NCBI RefSeq assembly: GCF_963921235.1 | Contig: NC_086115.1 | Location: 31,806,001-31,870,000 of the forward strand | Direction: 5' to 3' | DNA from: Mobula hypostoma | Lineage: Eukaryota | DNA length: 64,000 bases | Shown here: positions 1 to 12,820 of the stretch, piece after piece | How positions within the stretch are numbered: the first letter of the stretch is position 1 | Layout of the letters: every line of letters begins with the position of its first letter | The notes under the pieces: model-generated | The model's input: the letters and a program-made list of their open reading frames with translations, nothing else | The model's database searches: none | What the model was told of the DNA's origin: nothing | Made by a program: the position numbers and the translations under genes

Positions 1-1025
1 TTCCAACTGCAAACTTTGTAATGACACTTTCCCACTTAAGTGCACATGGCGAAATAATTATCACAAAAGTCCGTACCACAAAACCATTGCAATACGTTAG
101 AAATTCTAGCCAATATATTTGTGTACAACCAGCGATGTGGACTGTGAAATCTGTCCTTTTTTTAATAATTCTTGCATATCACACACAATTAAACACATTA
201 TCAAAATGAAGCACTTGTTTTTTTAAAAAGTCTAATGTCTTCATTCTGCATGAGAAAAGGAGCTTTCTGCACTGGGAAACAACTCATGTTCTCAGTATTG
301 TTTATTTAATTATTCATTCTTAATTGGCAAAAATGATTATTACAATTTGCCTTCTTTTGCTTATTGGTTTGTTGTCATTGTTTATCATATATTCTATTGT
401 ATTTCTTTATTTTCCTGTAAGTATCTGCAAGAAAATGAATCTCAAGATTGCATTTGGTGACATACAATATATCCTCTTTGATAATAAATTTATTTTGACT
501 TTGGCTTTGGACGTCCAGTTACTTCTTGTATCTCAGTTCTCAACTTGCTGATTTCCTAATCAATATCTAAAAATTGTTAAAAAAAAAAAGAGCAGCAATA
601 GCAAGATGAATCCATGACTCTGGCTGTCCTCTCTCAGCATCTTCTTATATCAGCCAAAGCAGTTTGTCACCCAGGATTTACTCAAGTCATTTTGCAAGAC
701 GGAAGGATTCACACATTATTATGTCAATAAAGTGGTCTGCTGCTAACTTCACAGCTGAATTATTCTTGAGGAGCAAGGCAGTTTTCAGTGTCAAAATTAT
801 GAACTCCCAATGAACCTGAAGTCAGAACATTGATACAAGATATAAACACCTTAGCCACAATACCAAATTTAACTGTAAGTTTCTTCCTGAATTCACCCGG
901 CACCAACACTCGAGGAGTGTGTTTAAATTATACATATTGGTGTCATCAAGATTAGAGGAAACAAATTGCTCCATTGTTTCGAACATGCTGCAAAGACAAA
1001 ATAAATATTGTGTATCTATTTTAAT

Positions 1026-1164
1026 TCCTATCCCCATTCCTGTTCCGATGGGGCCTTCTCTTTTACCACAATGAAGCCACTCTCAGGGTGGGAACAACAC
1101 CTCATATTCCATCAAGGTAGCCTCCAACCTGATGTTATGAATATTGATTTCTCCTTCCGGTAAT
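1026..1164 (+). mobile_element. Penelope-like element fragment (end of GIY-YIG endonuclease)
   Basis: Degenerate match to the ...EEQHLIFRLGSLQPDGMNIDFS* end seen in the copy at 6300-6392. Confidence 0.7.
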
Positions 1165-1437
1165 CTTTTTTTGTTCTTTTTTGGTGGCTGATGATCAAAA
1201 TGACCTCCATATATCATATTTCTATATGACAAAGGAGGAGGAAAGTTTGGCCCATCAAGTCTCACGGTCCCTGGAATATATTCCCCACTTTCCCATCAAC
1301 TTCTTCCTCTCCACCCCTTATTCTGCCAGTCACCCACAGACATGGGGCATCTTACAGTTGTCAGTCCACATCTCCTTAGGATGTGTGATGAAACCAGACA
1401 GTCACAGCAAGGACATGCAAACGACACACACACACAA

Positions 1438-2395
1438 TTCTTCTCTTCTTCGGTTGTCCATCGAAATCCGATGACGACGTCCACTCCTTTAACGATGAGA
1501 TCTTTGACGACTATACAGCCCTATCCAGGACCCACAAGCTCTATTGCAGGTGGGACATGTATATGTGGAAGTGGTGGCAACCATGGCTGCATTTCTCCTG
1601 GCTTTCGTCTGCTGTGTTCTGGTTGTTCTTTCCATCTCCAGAATACGAACTCTGTCCCTACACAGCTGTCGCCAAGTGGTACGGTCAGCAGCAACATCCT
1701 CCAGGTCCTCGGGTCTGATCTTGCACTTCCTTAAAGCATTTTTCATCTGATCCTTATAGCGCTTCTTTGGCCCTCCAGCTGAGCATCAACCATGATGTAG
1801 CTGGCCGTATAACACTCTGCAGGGTAGCCGACATGGGGGCATCCTTATCACGTGCCCCAGCCACTGCAGCTGACGCTGGGTGATCATGGCCTCAATACTT
1901 CTGTAGTTGGTCTTTACAAGTATTTCAGTGTGAGGCACCGCTCACACCAGGTAATTCCCAGGATGCGCTGGAGGCAGCTTATGTGGAAGCGCTCCAAGGA
2001 CTTGATGTGACGGCTGTAGGTTACCCAAGCTTCACGGTTATAAAGGAGGGTGGTGACACAGACCGCTTGGTATACGGCGACCTTTGTGGAGGGACGAAGG
2101 CTCCTGTTCTGAAAGAGTCTATGCCGAAGTCTCCCAAAGGCAGCTGATGCCTGTTTAATGGGCTCTGGATGTCGTTGTCAAGGCCGCTATCCTGAGAGAA
2201 TGCTCCCCAGATATTTGAAAGATGGCACTACTGACAGCTTTTCATCACCAACAGTGAAAGCAGGTAGAGTGGGTGGGACACTGGTACTCCATTGGCAAAC
2301 CACTTCTATCTTGGTGGCATTGACAGTCAGCCCCATCCTGCTGTATGCTCTCACTGCCAGAGCAAGGACAGTCTGAAGATCCTCCAGAGTATGGG

Positions 2396-2396
<1 letters not shown>
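1438..2396 (-). mobile_element. RTE-clade LINE, 5'-truncated (RT C-terminus plus terminal zinc finger)
   Basis: Minus-strand ORF pieces AHTLEDLQ..GLTVNATKIEV..FKYLGSILS and EDVAADRTTWRQLC..YTCPTCNRACGSWIGLYSRQRSHR; GAA-type tail near 1440; inserted in the (CA)n tract of an older SINE. Confidence 0.85.
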
Positions 2397-2430
<34 letters not shown>

Positions 2431-3395
2431 CCAGAAACCAGAGATCAGGAATTGAACCTGAATCACTGGAGCTATGAGGTTACAGTTCTACCTGCTGTGC
2501 CATTGAACCACCCAGGACTTGCTCCCGTGCTGTGTGCCTCTGTGATGAAATGGACATTGCCAGTTGTATTAAATACACCGTGGAATTGCAAAACTGTGCA
2601 ACCTCTGCCCTAGGATATCATTATTGCAGATCACTCCCTTGAAGAACTGTTAAAGCCCACATGCATTTCCCAGGTGCTGATCCTGGCCAGGTAAGCAAAA
2701 ATGCCACTGGCATGCTGACCCACGAGAAATTATTCCTCACCCCACCTGCTAATGGGTGGGGATGTACTAGGTGGGCCAACTGCGACTGCAGTCATACCCT
2801 TATGCCATCAGGCAGCAGTATGAAGGACCTGTGCACAACAGCAAACAGCTCACACAACTGAAAGGATCCTTTCTCTCTACTTGTGATCACACACAATTGG
2901 GCATGCTTGTATAGCACATTCAAGTATTAAGGCAAAAAGATTTATCAATCAGGGCTTTCCCAGCGGATCTATATCACAGGAGAGGGAATGAGTCACCTTC
3001 TCCATGGTTGCCTCAGTAATCCAATCAAGCACCGACATTAAGAGCCATCCAGGTGAACATGGGTCTTTAGCCAAGTTACATTTAACTTGTTTGATAAATC
3101 TGATCACAAATATTACTTGAATGTGCATATACGTGTGGTCATGTGCAATATCAGCATCTCCAAATGAGTGTAGTACATGCATGTTCAAGTATAATAATGT
3201 GGACACACAGAAAAGATGCATGCTTGGGTAAATGCTGTGCATCATTATGTCTGTGTACGCATATGTTTGTGTACATAATGTCCAGGCTTACCGTTAAATG
3301 TTTAACAAGCTCAAATTTCATTTGAAGTTCTAAAGCTCAGCTCAACTATTACTGTCTTGTATTATATCGGTGTGTTATTGTCACATGTACCATGA

Positions 3396-3845
3396 TACAA
3401 GGGGTGATTGATAAGTTCGTGGCCTAAGGTAGAAGGAGTCAATTTGAGAAAACCTAGCACATTTACTTTTCAACATAGTCCCCTTCTACATGTACACACT
3501 TAGTCCAGCGGTTGTTAAGCATACGGATCCCTTCTTTGTAGAAGTGGTCCACAGCAGGGGTGATTGATAAGTCCGTGGCCTAAAGCAGAAGGAGATGTTA
3601 TACAGCTTGCGTTACATGCACGTGCAGTTCAACTCTTTGAGTGGAAATGCAGAAAGTTTTAAGTTAATAACTCATCTCCTTCTACATTAGGACATGAACA
3701 TATCAATCAACCCTGCTGTGGACCACTTTCTGGAGGTGCGAGACACCGACTTCTACAAAGAAGGGATCCGCATGCTCCACGACCACCGGACTAAGTGTGT
3801 AAGTGTAGGAAAAATAAATGTGCTAGGTTTTCTAAAATTGACTCC
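3396..3845. mobile_element. Mariner-like non-autonomous DNA transposon remnant
   Basis: Starts with TA then caaggggtgattgataagttcgtggcct, and the motif recurs at ~3556; carries the transposase C-terminal relic DFYKEGIRML..TKCV. Confidence 0.6.
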
Positions 3846-3964
3846 AAAAGCTCATCTCGCATACTGTTCATACAGACCAAATCATTACACAGTCCATTTG
3901 GACAGAACAAAGTAAAACAATAAAAATGCTGAATGAAGTGCAACGGCTACAGAGAAAGTGTAAT

Positions 3965-4920
3965 GCAGGGTACCTGGTCGAGTACTGAAGACCTGTGCTG
4001 ATCAACTGGCTGGAGTTTTCACTGATGATTTAACCTCTTGCTTCAGAAGTCAAAGGTAACCACTTGCCTCAAAAAGGCTTCAATTAGACCGGTGCTTAAG
4101 GGGAACGTGGTAACCTGCCACAGTGACTGTCGTCAAGTTCAAGTTCAGTGTATTGTTATTCAACCGTACACATGTATACTGCCAAGTGAAACAACATTCC
4201 TCCGGACCAAGGTGCACGACACAGAACATATAACTCACACACACACAACACAAGTATTACCACAAACAGTAAGGTGCACATATGATACAAGTTTAAGAAG
4301 TAAATAGTGTAACACTACTGACACTTCCTACATGATCAGATCTGAGTGGTGGCAGGGAGTTCAGCAGCCTTACGGCTGGGGGAGAAGCTGCTTTCCATCC
4401 TAACAGTTTTTCCCCTAATGCTGCAGCACCTCCTGCCTGATGGTCGGAGGTCAAAGAGATTGTTGGACGGACAAGAGGGACCAATCACAACGCCAAGGGC
4501 CCTTCATATGCAGCACTACTGATAAATATCTCTAACAGGTGGAAGGAAGAATCCGATGATCCTCTCTGCAGTCACCGCAATCCTTTTAGGGACTTATGCC
4601 TTCAATCCCCGAACCAGATGGTAATACAGCTGGTCAGGGCACTCTCGATGGTGCTCCTGGAAAAACTGGTTAAATTGGGGGTGGGTGAGGGCGAGCCTCA
4701 CTCACCTCAATATCCTCAGGAAATGGAGACGCTGCTGCGCTTTCTGGACCGTAGAGGTGGTGTTGAGGGACCAGATGAGATTGTCCATTACATGCACTCC
4801 CAGAAACCTGGTGCTCCTAATTCTCTCCACGGAGCAGCCACGTTTGTGCAGTCAGGAGTAGTCAGCCTCCACCCTCCAAAAGTCAACAAACATCCCTTTG
4901 GTCTTGTCCACTTTGAGACT
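3965..4920. mobile_element. Rex1/Babar-like LINE fragments (+ strand ~3965-4135, - strand ~4320-4920)
   Basis: Degenerate RT-region motifs (LKTCADQLAGVF; CLKKASIRPVLK). Confidence 0.55.
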
Positions 4921-5359
4921 TCAAAACATTGATCTATTTGGCAATAAAGTGTGGAGAGTCCAGAATGCGTGTCTTAGTTTCATTTTAACTTTAAGTGAGG
5001 TGGGTGCATACTGTACATGGCATGATGGCATGATGACGAATGCCATTCACTTACTTTTACTTTTGAACTGTAATTAATTATTTAAATGAACAAGAATACT
5101 TCAAACAATATATTTAAAATATTACTTATATATTACTGAAATATTAAATACCCTACACTCCTCCCTGCTTAGATTGAAACTCCTACTCCTATATATAAAA
5201 TGCAGCTACTATATAGACATCCATAGCATAGCAAATTTTAAATTGTCCCCTTCAGGCTTAAAGATTAATCGTTGTGGAAGCTTTCTTACTTGTGAGATAA
5301 CGTCTTTCCTAACTTTTCTGACAAGTGAGACTTGTGGCTGTGAAACAATCTCAGGTTCT

Positions 5360-6782
5360 CGCATGCTGAGCTCGTCGACTTTATTAACTTTGCCTCCAAC
5401 TTTCACCCTGCCCTCAAGTTTACCTGGTCCATTTCTGACACCTCCCTCCCCTTTCTAGATCTTTCTGTCTCTGTCTCTGGAGACAGCTTATCCATTGATG
5501 TCTACTATAAGCTGACTGACTCTCACAGCTATCTGAACTATTCCTCTTCTCACCCCGTCTCTTGGAAAAATGCCATCCCCTTCTCGCAATTCCTCCATCT
5601 CCGCCACATCTGCTCTCAGGATGAGGCTTTTCATTCCAGGACGAGGGAGATGTCCTCCTTTTTTAAAGAAAGGGGCTTCCCTTCCTCCACTATCAACTCT
5701 GCTCTCAAACGCATCTCCCCCATTTCACGTACGTCTGCTCTCACTCCATCCTCCCACCACCCCACTAGGAATAGGGTTCCCCTGGTCCTCACCTACCACC
5801 CCACCAGCCTCCGGGTCCAACATATAATTCTCCGTAACTTCTGCCACCTCCAATGGGATCCCACCACTAAGCACATCTTTCCCTCCCCACTCTCTCTGCT
5901 TTCCGCAGGGATCGCTCCCTATGCGACTCCCTTGTCCATTTGTCCCCCCCATCCCTCCCCACTGATCTCCCTCCTGGCACTTATTCTTGTAAGCGGAACA
6001 AGTGATACACATGCCCTTACACTTCCTCCCTTACCACCATTCAGGGCCCCAAACAGTCCTTCCAGGTGAGGCAACACTTCATCTGTGAGTCGAGTGGGGT
6101 GATATACTGCGTCCGGTGCTCCCGATGTGGCCTTCTATATATTGGCGAGACCCGACGCAGACTGGGAGACCGCTTTGCTGAACACCTACGCTCTGTCTGC
6201 CAGAGAAAGCAGGATCTCCCAGTGGCCACACATTTTAATTCCACATCCCATTCCCATTCTGACATGTCTATCCACGGCCTCCTCTACTGTAAAAATGAAG
6301 CCAGACTCAGGTTGGAGGAACAACACCTTATATTCCGTCTGGGTAGCCTCCAACCTGATGGCATGAACATCGACTTCTCCAACTTCCGCTAATGCCCCAC
6401 CTCCCCCTCGTACCCCATCCGTTATTTATTTTTAGACACACATTCTTTCTCTCACTCTCCTTTTTCTCCCTCTGTCCCTCTGACTATACCCCTTGCCCAT
6501 CCTTTGGGTCCCCCCCCCTTGTCTTTCTCCCTGGACCTCCTGTCCCATGATCCTCTCATATGCCCTTTGCCAATCACCTGTCCAGCTCTTGGCTCCATCC
6601 CTCCTCCTCCTATCTTCTCCTATCATTTTGGATCTCCCCCTTCCCCTCCCACTTTCAAATCTCTTACTAACTCTTCCTTCAGTTAGTCCTGACGAAGGGT
6701 CTCGGCCTGAAATGTCGACTGTACCTCTTCCTAGGGATGTTGCCTGGCCTGCTGCGTTCACCAGCAACTTTGATGTGTGTTG
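5360..6782 (+). mobile_element. Penelope-like retroelement (RT C-terminus, GIY-YIG endonuclease, pseudo-LTR), 5'-truncated
   Basis: ORFs 5650-6069 and 6066-6392 with GVIYCVRCSRCGLLYIGETRRRLGDRFAEH; 10-bp TSD CTCAGGTTCT at 5350-5359 and 6783-6792. Confidence 0.93.
6685..6720 (+). ncRNA. Minimal type-I hammerhead ribozyme motif in a Penelope pseudo-LTR
   Basis: agtc-CTGACGA-agggtctcggcct-GAAA-tgtc^gact: catalytic core, stem I agtc/gact, GUC cleavage triplet. Confidence 0.7.
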
Positions 6783-8487
6783 CTCAGGTTCTGGAGTCTC
6801 CTCCATAGTGGTTGCAGGAATTGACACTGGGACTGCAGGAAATTGTTCTGACAGCTCTGGACACCTTTCCTCTGGATGTGTTGGCCAGTGCATGACAAGA
6901 TTCAATGGACGATGTGGATCACAATGTGCTGAGTACAGTGTCTGATGTCACCATTTCCTTTACCTTTTGGAAAGCCACCTTATATTACTCTGTCCATTGC
7001 CATTTCTCCCGATCTGTAGTAATGAGTTCAAGGGGTGGAACACAGTAGCCAGGCTTGGCAGAAATCTGTTACAGTAATTGACAAATCCTAAAAGGTCTAC
7101 AACTGTGACACATCCTTGGCTTTGGGGCATCCACCACTGCTCAAATTTTTCTCAGCGCACTTATGTAATCCTTGTGCATCGATGATGTGACCACAGTTAA
7201 TGATGCTTGGCTTAAAACTGTTAAGCCTCTGGTACGTGCTTTCAGGCTTCTGTATCTTCTGCACAATCGTGCAGGGGAGAAGAAAGAATGTCCCAGGTGG
7301 GTGGGGTCCTGAATTATTCTGCCTGCTTTATTAAAGTAGTGAAAAGTCTAAACAGACCTCAGAGAGGAGGCTGATTTGCATGACGGCCTGAGCTTTGTCA
7401 ACAACTCTGCAGTTTCATGCAGTCACCAGCAGAGAAGTTGCCATACTAATCACTAACTGCACACAATGGAAAGAAATTGCAGAGACTGAATGATTGAAGT
7501 GAGGGAATCATACAACTTGGAAGATTTACCACAAAAAGAATTTGTACTTCATCTGAATGAACCAACATACAAACTAATAATTGTGGCTAATATCAAAATG
7601 TTTCCAATACCAATTAAAATAAAAATCAACAAACATCAAATCAGACGTCACTTTATTTTGTTTCCAACAATTTTACGTAACAGTGACTTACTAAAGAGTG
7701 TGTTGATTTTTGAGAATGGTTAATATCATCGTCACAATGACTTCGACTTTCCTGTGGGCCATGTTTCTAATAATTTAAAATTAAATGTTATATTCATTTA
7801 AAAGTTCAAAAACACTCTTCTAAATTACTTTGAGTGAAATAATATTGACAATCAGCACAGATTGGAATGCCTCCAGCTCAATTTTCCATTTTCATTCAAA
7901 TGTCCAATTATTTTCTAAAACGTGTTCTATTTTAGCTTTGCTCAAGCGATTGCTCTCTTGACACTCAGCTGGAAATTTATGCAAAAAAATGATGGAATTT
8001 TGGGACTGATTCATTGTTTATATCAGCACAATCCTGAGCTGTATTATCAAAAGGTATATTTAATCACGTTATTTCAAAATGGAATAAAATGGGATCATGT
8101 CTCAGGCAATTGTTAGGAGTCTGGAAACAGATACAATAGCTGCAGAATGGATGTGTATAATTAAACTTTGCCCATGACTGCATGCAGGCAGCTTTTCAAA
8201 TTGAGCTACACGCCAATTATAGTGACTTCACAGGCCAGCCACCACTAACCATATTGAGTTGTGGTTGGATGCTTCAGCTGGGAGTAATACTGTATCCAGT
8301 TCATACGTACCAACCTATCGTCCAAGAAGCAAATATGACGTGATACAGCAAAAATTGGCCGTGTTAGTAATTCAAGGATATATTGGCAGTATGAGCCAAC
8401 ATACTGAATTTTCCTCTTTAGCCAATTTGCATTTAATCCTGATTGATAGATCTCTTCACACAAAATACTTGAATGTGCATATACATT

Positions 8488-9016
8488 CACTGGTCACCCT
8501 ATTAGGTACCTCCTGTATCTAATAAAGTGGCCACTGAACATACCTTGGTGGTCTTCTGCCTCTGTAGCCCATCCACTTCAAGGTTGGGCGTATTGTGTAT
8601 TCAGAGATGCTCTTCTGCACATCACTGTTGTAACGTGTGGTTGTTAAGAGTTACTGTCGCCTTCCTGTCAGCTTGAATCAGTCCGGTCATTCTCCTCTCA
8701 TCTTTCTCACCAACATGGCATTTTCACCTACAGAAATGCTGCTCACTGGATGTAGCACCATTCTCTGTCTCTAGAGCCTGCTGTGCATGAAAACCACAGG
8801 AGTTCTGCAGTTTCTGAGATACTCAAACCACCCTATCTGGCACCAACAATTATTCTACAGTCAAGTCACTTCTCCTTTCTGATATTTGGTCAGAATAACA
8901 ACTGCACTCCTTGACCTCGTCTGCATGTTTTATGCATCGAGTTGCTGCCACATGATTAGCTGATTAGATATTTACATTAACGAGGTGTGCCTGTATGTCT
9001 GCTAAAGTGGCCACCG

Positions 9017-9018
<2 letters not shown>
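8488..9018. mobile_element. Tc1-like non-autonomous element (MITE-type)
   Basis: Terminal inverted repeats of the cagtggccactttattagg type; same family as 31595-32706. Confidence 0.7.
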
Positions 9019-9054
<36 letters not shown>

Positions 9055-10785
9055 CGTGTGAAATATATGCACATCCAAATGCACCGGGTCACAAACTGAG
9101 AAAAAAGCTCCATTCTCGTGGTGGGACAGAGAGTACGTGTGGGCAAGGGTCCAGGACAGAGCTGATGCCAGCTCACAAGAGGGTGTGCCCTCCACTGGAT
9201 TCTACTGCAGAGGACTAGGATGAGGATTTCAATGGGTTACCTACCAAAGAAGCCTGAAAGATACCAGAAAATAGCCAGAGAGAATGAGTGAACTAACTTG
9301 GCCTAGGGTTTTGCACAGAGCTTGGGAGCCCATCTTATCCAGAATAGAGGCAGCAACTATCTTCAAAAGCAGCCTTGATCTGAGACCTGGTGTCTGTGCT
9401 GCAGATTTCAATGTAACAGATCACAACCCAACCCAGTATCCTGAGATGTCATATTAAAGTTTAGATTGCTCTCACCAAGGGTACATTGAAACAATTACAG
9501 CAGTGGAATGCGCAGTAAGAACCAGTTTGCAGTGTGTTACAGCATTCTTCCAAGTGGTTCTAACAGATCATTGGATTCCTGAGGCCGCCAAGTAGAGAAA
9601 GATAATAAAAACTGAAAGCACCAGGAAAAACTCAGCAGGTCAGATAGCATCTGTGAAGAGGGAAATTGAATGGGCTCAGTGACCTTTTCATCTGATGTAG
9701 CAGCATTCAAGAATTATTTCAGCCGATCAGTACTCCAGAATTCTACATAACAGCCAAATAAATTATGAGTGTGGGGGAAGGATTGGTAATCCAGAGAACT
9801 GAACTCTAATCCCACCACAGCAGCTCTGGAATTCACGTTCAATAATAACCCCTCAGTACACAGGTTTAAGATGAGAGGAGGAAGAATTCAATGTGAACCT
9901 GAGGGGTAATTTCTTCCTTCAGAGGGTGGTGCATACATGGAATGATCCCTCAGAAGAAGTGGTTGAGAGAGTTGCAGTAGCAACATCTAAAAGATATTGG
10001 ATAGTTACCCAGATAGGAAAAAAAATCAGAGTGATACTGTCCAAATGCAGATAAATGTGATTAACTGAGATAGGCATCTTGGTTAGAATGGATGAGTTGG
10101 GCTGAAAGGCCAGTTTCCATACTGTAGCACTCGATGACTCGTCGGATCCTAATACTTTCGCGATCTAAATGTTCTTCAGAAGTCAAAATTCACGCGTAAA
10201 ACTTATTGTTTACAATAAAGAGTTAATTGCCAGTTTTAAGTAGAGTGAGACCCGCTACGGAAACTAAGAATCTTCTGCAAAAAAAAAGAAGTAACTGTTA
10301 CCTAATTACTGGGAAATTCACTGAACTGTACAGAAATACAAGCAAGCACAGGAAAGTTAAACTACAAGAAAAACAACAATTCTACACATCAATCCAACTG
10401 ACTGTAGGAATGACTGAAGCTGCAGGGGAGGGGGAGGAGGGAGTGGTAGGGAGTTGTGAGGAGGAGGAGGGAGTGAACAGAACAGAGGGAATGGCTGTGC
10501 TAGGAGCAGAGACCAAGAGGAAATGGATAAAACCTGCTGCTACAGGCTTGTTCAGAGAAGCCAAGTTTTCTGGAGAAGGTGAAAACAAGGAAGGAGAGCA
10601 GAGTAAAAAAAAACGGCTAGAACTGCCAAATACTGAACTCAGAGCACAACAGTTGCGGGAAATCTTAAATATATGAGGAGAATTCTGAAAATAGCCCAGC
10701 AAAGAAAAACTGACATAAAATTCTGGATTTATGAACTTGCATCAGAACTTCTTAGACTCACCAGTAAGGCTGTTTATCAGAAATT

Positions 10786-10877
10786 ATTGAAAGTAATTGC
10801 TGGGTTTTGAGGGCAGTAACATGCACAGATTGAAAGTAATTGCTGGGTTTTGAGGGCAGTAACATGCACAGATTGAA
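10786..10877. repeat. 43-bp tandem duplication (2 copies plus a partial copy)
   Basis: attgaaagtaattgctgggttttgagggcagtaacatgcacag repeated exactly. Confidence 0.95.
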
Positions 10878-11044
10878 GATTAGATGATATTCCTTGACCT
10901 TAGACGTTGCACTTCACTGAAATGGTGCAGGAGGCAAAAGCCAGGTTGATCTGAATGGCAGTGGGATAGAGAATTAAAGTTACAGACAACTGGAAGCTCA
11001 GGGTAATACCTGAGAAATAAACAAAGTGATCTGCAAAGAAGTCA

Positions 11045-11916
11045 AGCAACACACATGAAAAATGCTGGTGAACACAGCAGGCCAGGCAGCATCCATAGAA
11101 AGAGGTACAGTCGACGTTTTGGGCTGAGACCCTTCGTCAGGACTAACTCAAAGAAGAGATAGTAAGAGATTTGAAAGTGGGAGGGGGAGGAGGAGATCGG
11201 AAATGATAGGAGAAGACAGGAGGGGGAGGGATGGAGCTAAGAGCAGGGAAGGTGATTGGCAAAAGGGCTGAACACCTGCACTCTGTCCGCCAGAGAAAGC
11301 AGGATCTCCGAGTGGCCACACATTTTAATTCCACGTCCCATTCCCATTCTGATATGTCTATCCACGGCCTCCTCTACTGTCAAGATGAAGCCACACCCAG
11401 GTTGGAGGAACAAAACCTTATATTCTGTCTGGGTAGCCTCCAACCTGATGGCATGAACATTGACTTCTCTAACTTCCGTTAATGCCCCACCTCCCCTTCG
11501 TACCCCATCCCTTATTTATTTTTTATTATTTTTTTCTCTCTCTTTTTTCTCGCTCTGTTCCTCTCACTATAACTCCTTGCCCATCGTCTGGGCTCCCCTC
11601 CCCCTTTCTTTCTCCCTAAACCTCCCGTCCCATGATCCTCTCCCTTCTCCAGCCTTGTATCCCTTTTGCCAATCAACTTTCCAGCTCTTAGCTCCATCCT
11701 TCCCCCTCCTGTCTTCTTCTATCATTTTGGATCTCCCCCTCCCCCTCCCACTTTCAAATCTCTTACTATCTCTCCTTTTAGTTAGTCCTGACGAAGGGTC
11801 TCAGCCCGAAACGTCGACTGTGCCTCTTCCTATAGATGTTGCCTGGCCTGCTGTGTTCACCAGCATTTTTTGTGCGTATTGCTTGAATTTCCAGCATCTG
11901 CAGATTTCCTCGTGTT
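11045..11916 (+). mobile_element. Penelope-like element with an inverted 5' pseudo-LTR
   Basis: 11045-11265 is the reverse complement of the 3' pseudo-LTR; GIY-YIG end AEHLHSVRQRKQDL..MNIDFSNFR; 13-bp TSD TGCAAAGAAGTCA at 11032-11044 and 11917-11929. Confidence 0.92.
11784..11819 (+). ncRNA. Minimal type-I hammerhead ribozyme motif (intact core)
   Basis: agtc-CTGACGA-agggtctcagccc-GAAA-cgtc^gact. Confidence 0.78.
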
Positions 11917-11989
11917 TGCAAAGAAGTCACCCAATCCATCTGAATTTTTAAATGAAGCAGAGGTCACATCATGAGGGAGAACACACAGC

Positions 11990-12510
11990 AATTCTCATTG
12001 AGTGGTCAACGGTGGAAAAGATGAGCAGCTTCAGTTTCAAGTTCCAGAGCATTAACATCTTAGAGTATCTACAGTATCATATGCCCAACACATTGACGCA
12101 ATAACGCGAAGGCATGCCAGTGCTTCATTAGGAGCTTGGGGAGATTTGATATGTCCCCAAAGACTCTATCGAACTTCTACAGATTTACCGTAGAGAGCAT
12201 TCTGACCGGTTACATCACTGTTTGGTATGGAGGCACCAATGCTTTAGACGGTCATAGATTCAGCCAGAGCCATCACACGCAAAAGCTTCCTCACCATTAA
12301 GGACATCTTTGAAAGACAGTGCATCAAGAAAGTGGCCTTCATTATTAAGAGACTTCACCTCATTACTACACTCTTCTCATTGCTACCATCAGGAAGGTTG
12401 CGCAGAAGCCTGTTAACCCACTCTGATGTTTCTGGAACAACTTCTTTCCCTCTGTCATCGGATTTCTGAATGGTCCATGAACCCATGAACGCCACCTTCC
12501 TCTTCCTCTT
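11990..12510 (+). mobile_element. Rex1/Babar-like LINE 3' fragment
   Basis: Degenerate NFYRFTVESILTGYITVWYG motif and typical 3' end. Confidence 0.65.
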
Positions 12511-12521
12511 TTGCACTTCCT

Positions 12522-12820
12522 TTTGGCATCCGTTAGTCTTGTGAGACCATGGATGTGCGCCTTGGAAGGTTTCCAGGGCGCAGGCCTGGGCAAGGTTGTA
12601 TGGAAGACTAGCAGTTGCCCATGCTGCAAGTCTCCCCCCTCCACACCACCGATGTGGTCCAAGGGAAAGGCACTAGGACCCATACAGCTTGGCACCGGTG
12701 TCATCGCAGAGCAATGTGTGGTTAAGTGCCTTGCTCAAGCACACAACACGCTGCCTCAGTCAAGGCTCGAACTAGCGACCTTCCGATCACTAGATGAACA
12801 CCTTAACCACTTGGCCACAC
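12522..12820 (-). mobile_element. tRNA-derived SINE
   Basis: Minus-strand head gtggccaagtggttaagg (A box) ... agttcgagcc (B box), followed by a LINE-like tail. Confidence 0.75.

Larger units (their letters stand above)
4949..7195 (-). mobile_element. Internally deleted Gypsy/Ty3 LTR retrotransposon remnant (pol fragments, PPT, 3' LTR ~4949-5157), split by a Penelope insertion
   Basis: Minus strand reads GHIIDAQGLHK..AVVDAP..GFVNYCNRFLPSLATVFHPLNSLL (RT/RNase H link) and the integrase tail EETPEPE|IVSQPQ..RKLPQRL; PPT gcagggaggag precedes a TG...CA LTR. Confidence 0.8.

Noticed and set aside
7935-8052. Possible + strand exon (FAQAIALLTLSWKF..YYQK)
   Set aside because: Has AG/GT ends but no partner exons or recognisable homology; compatible with chance.
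10227-10702. 149-aa (+) and 106-aa (-) ORFs as protein genes
   Set aside because: Low-complexity composition, non-ATG starts and no recognisable domain.
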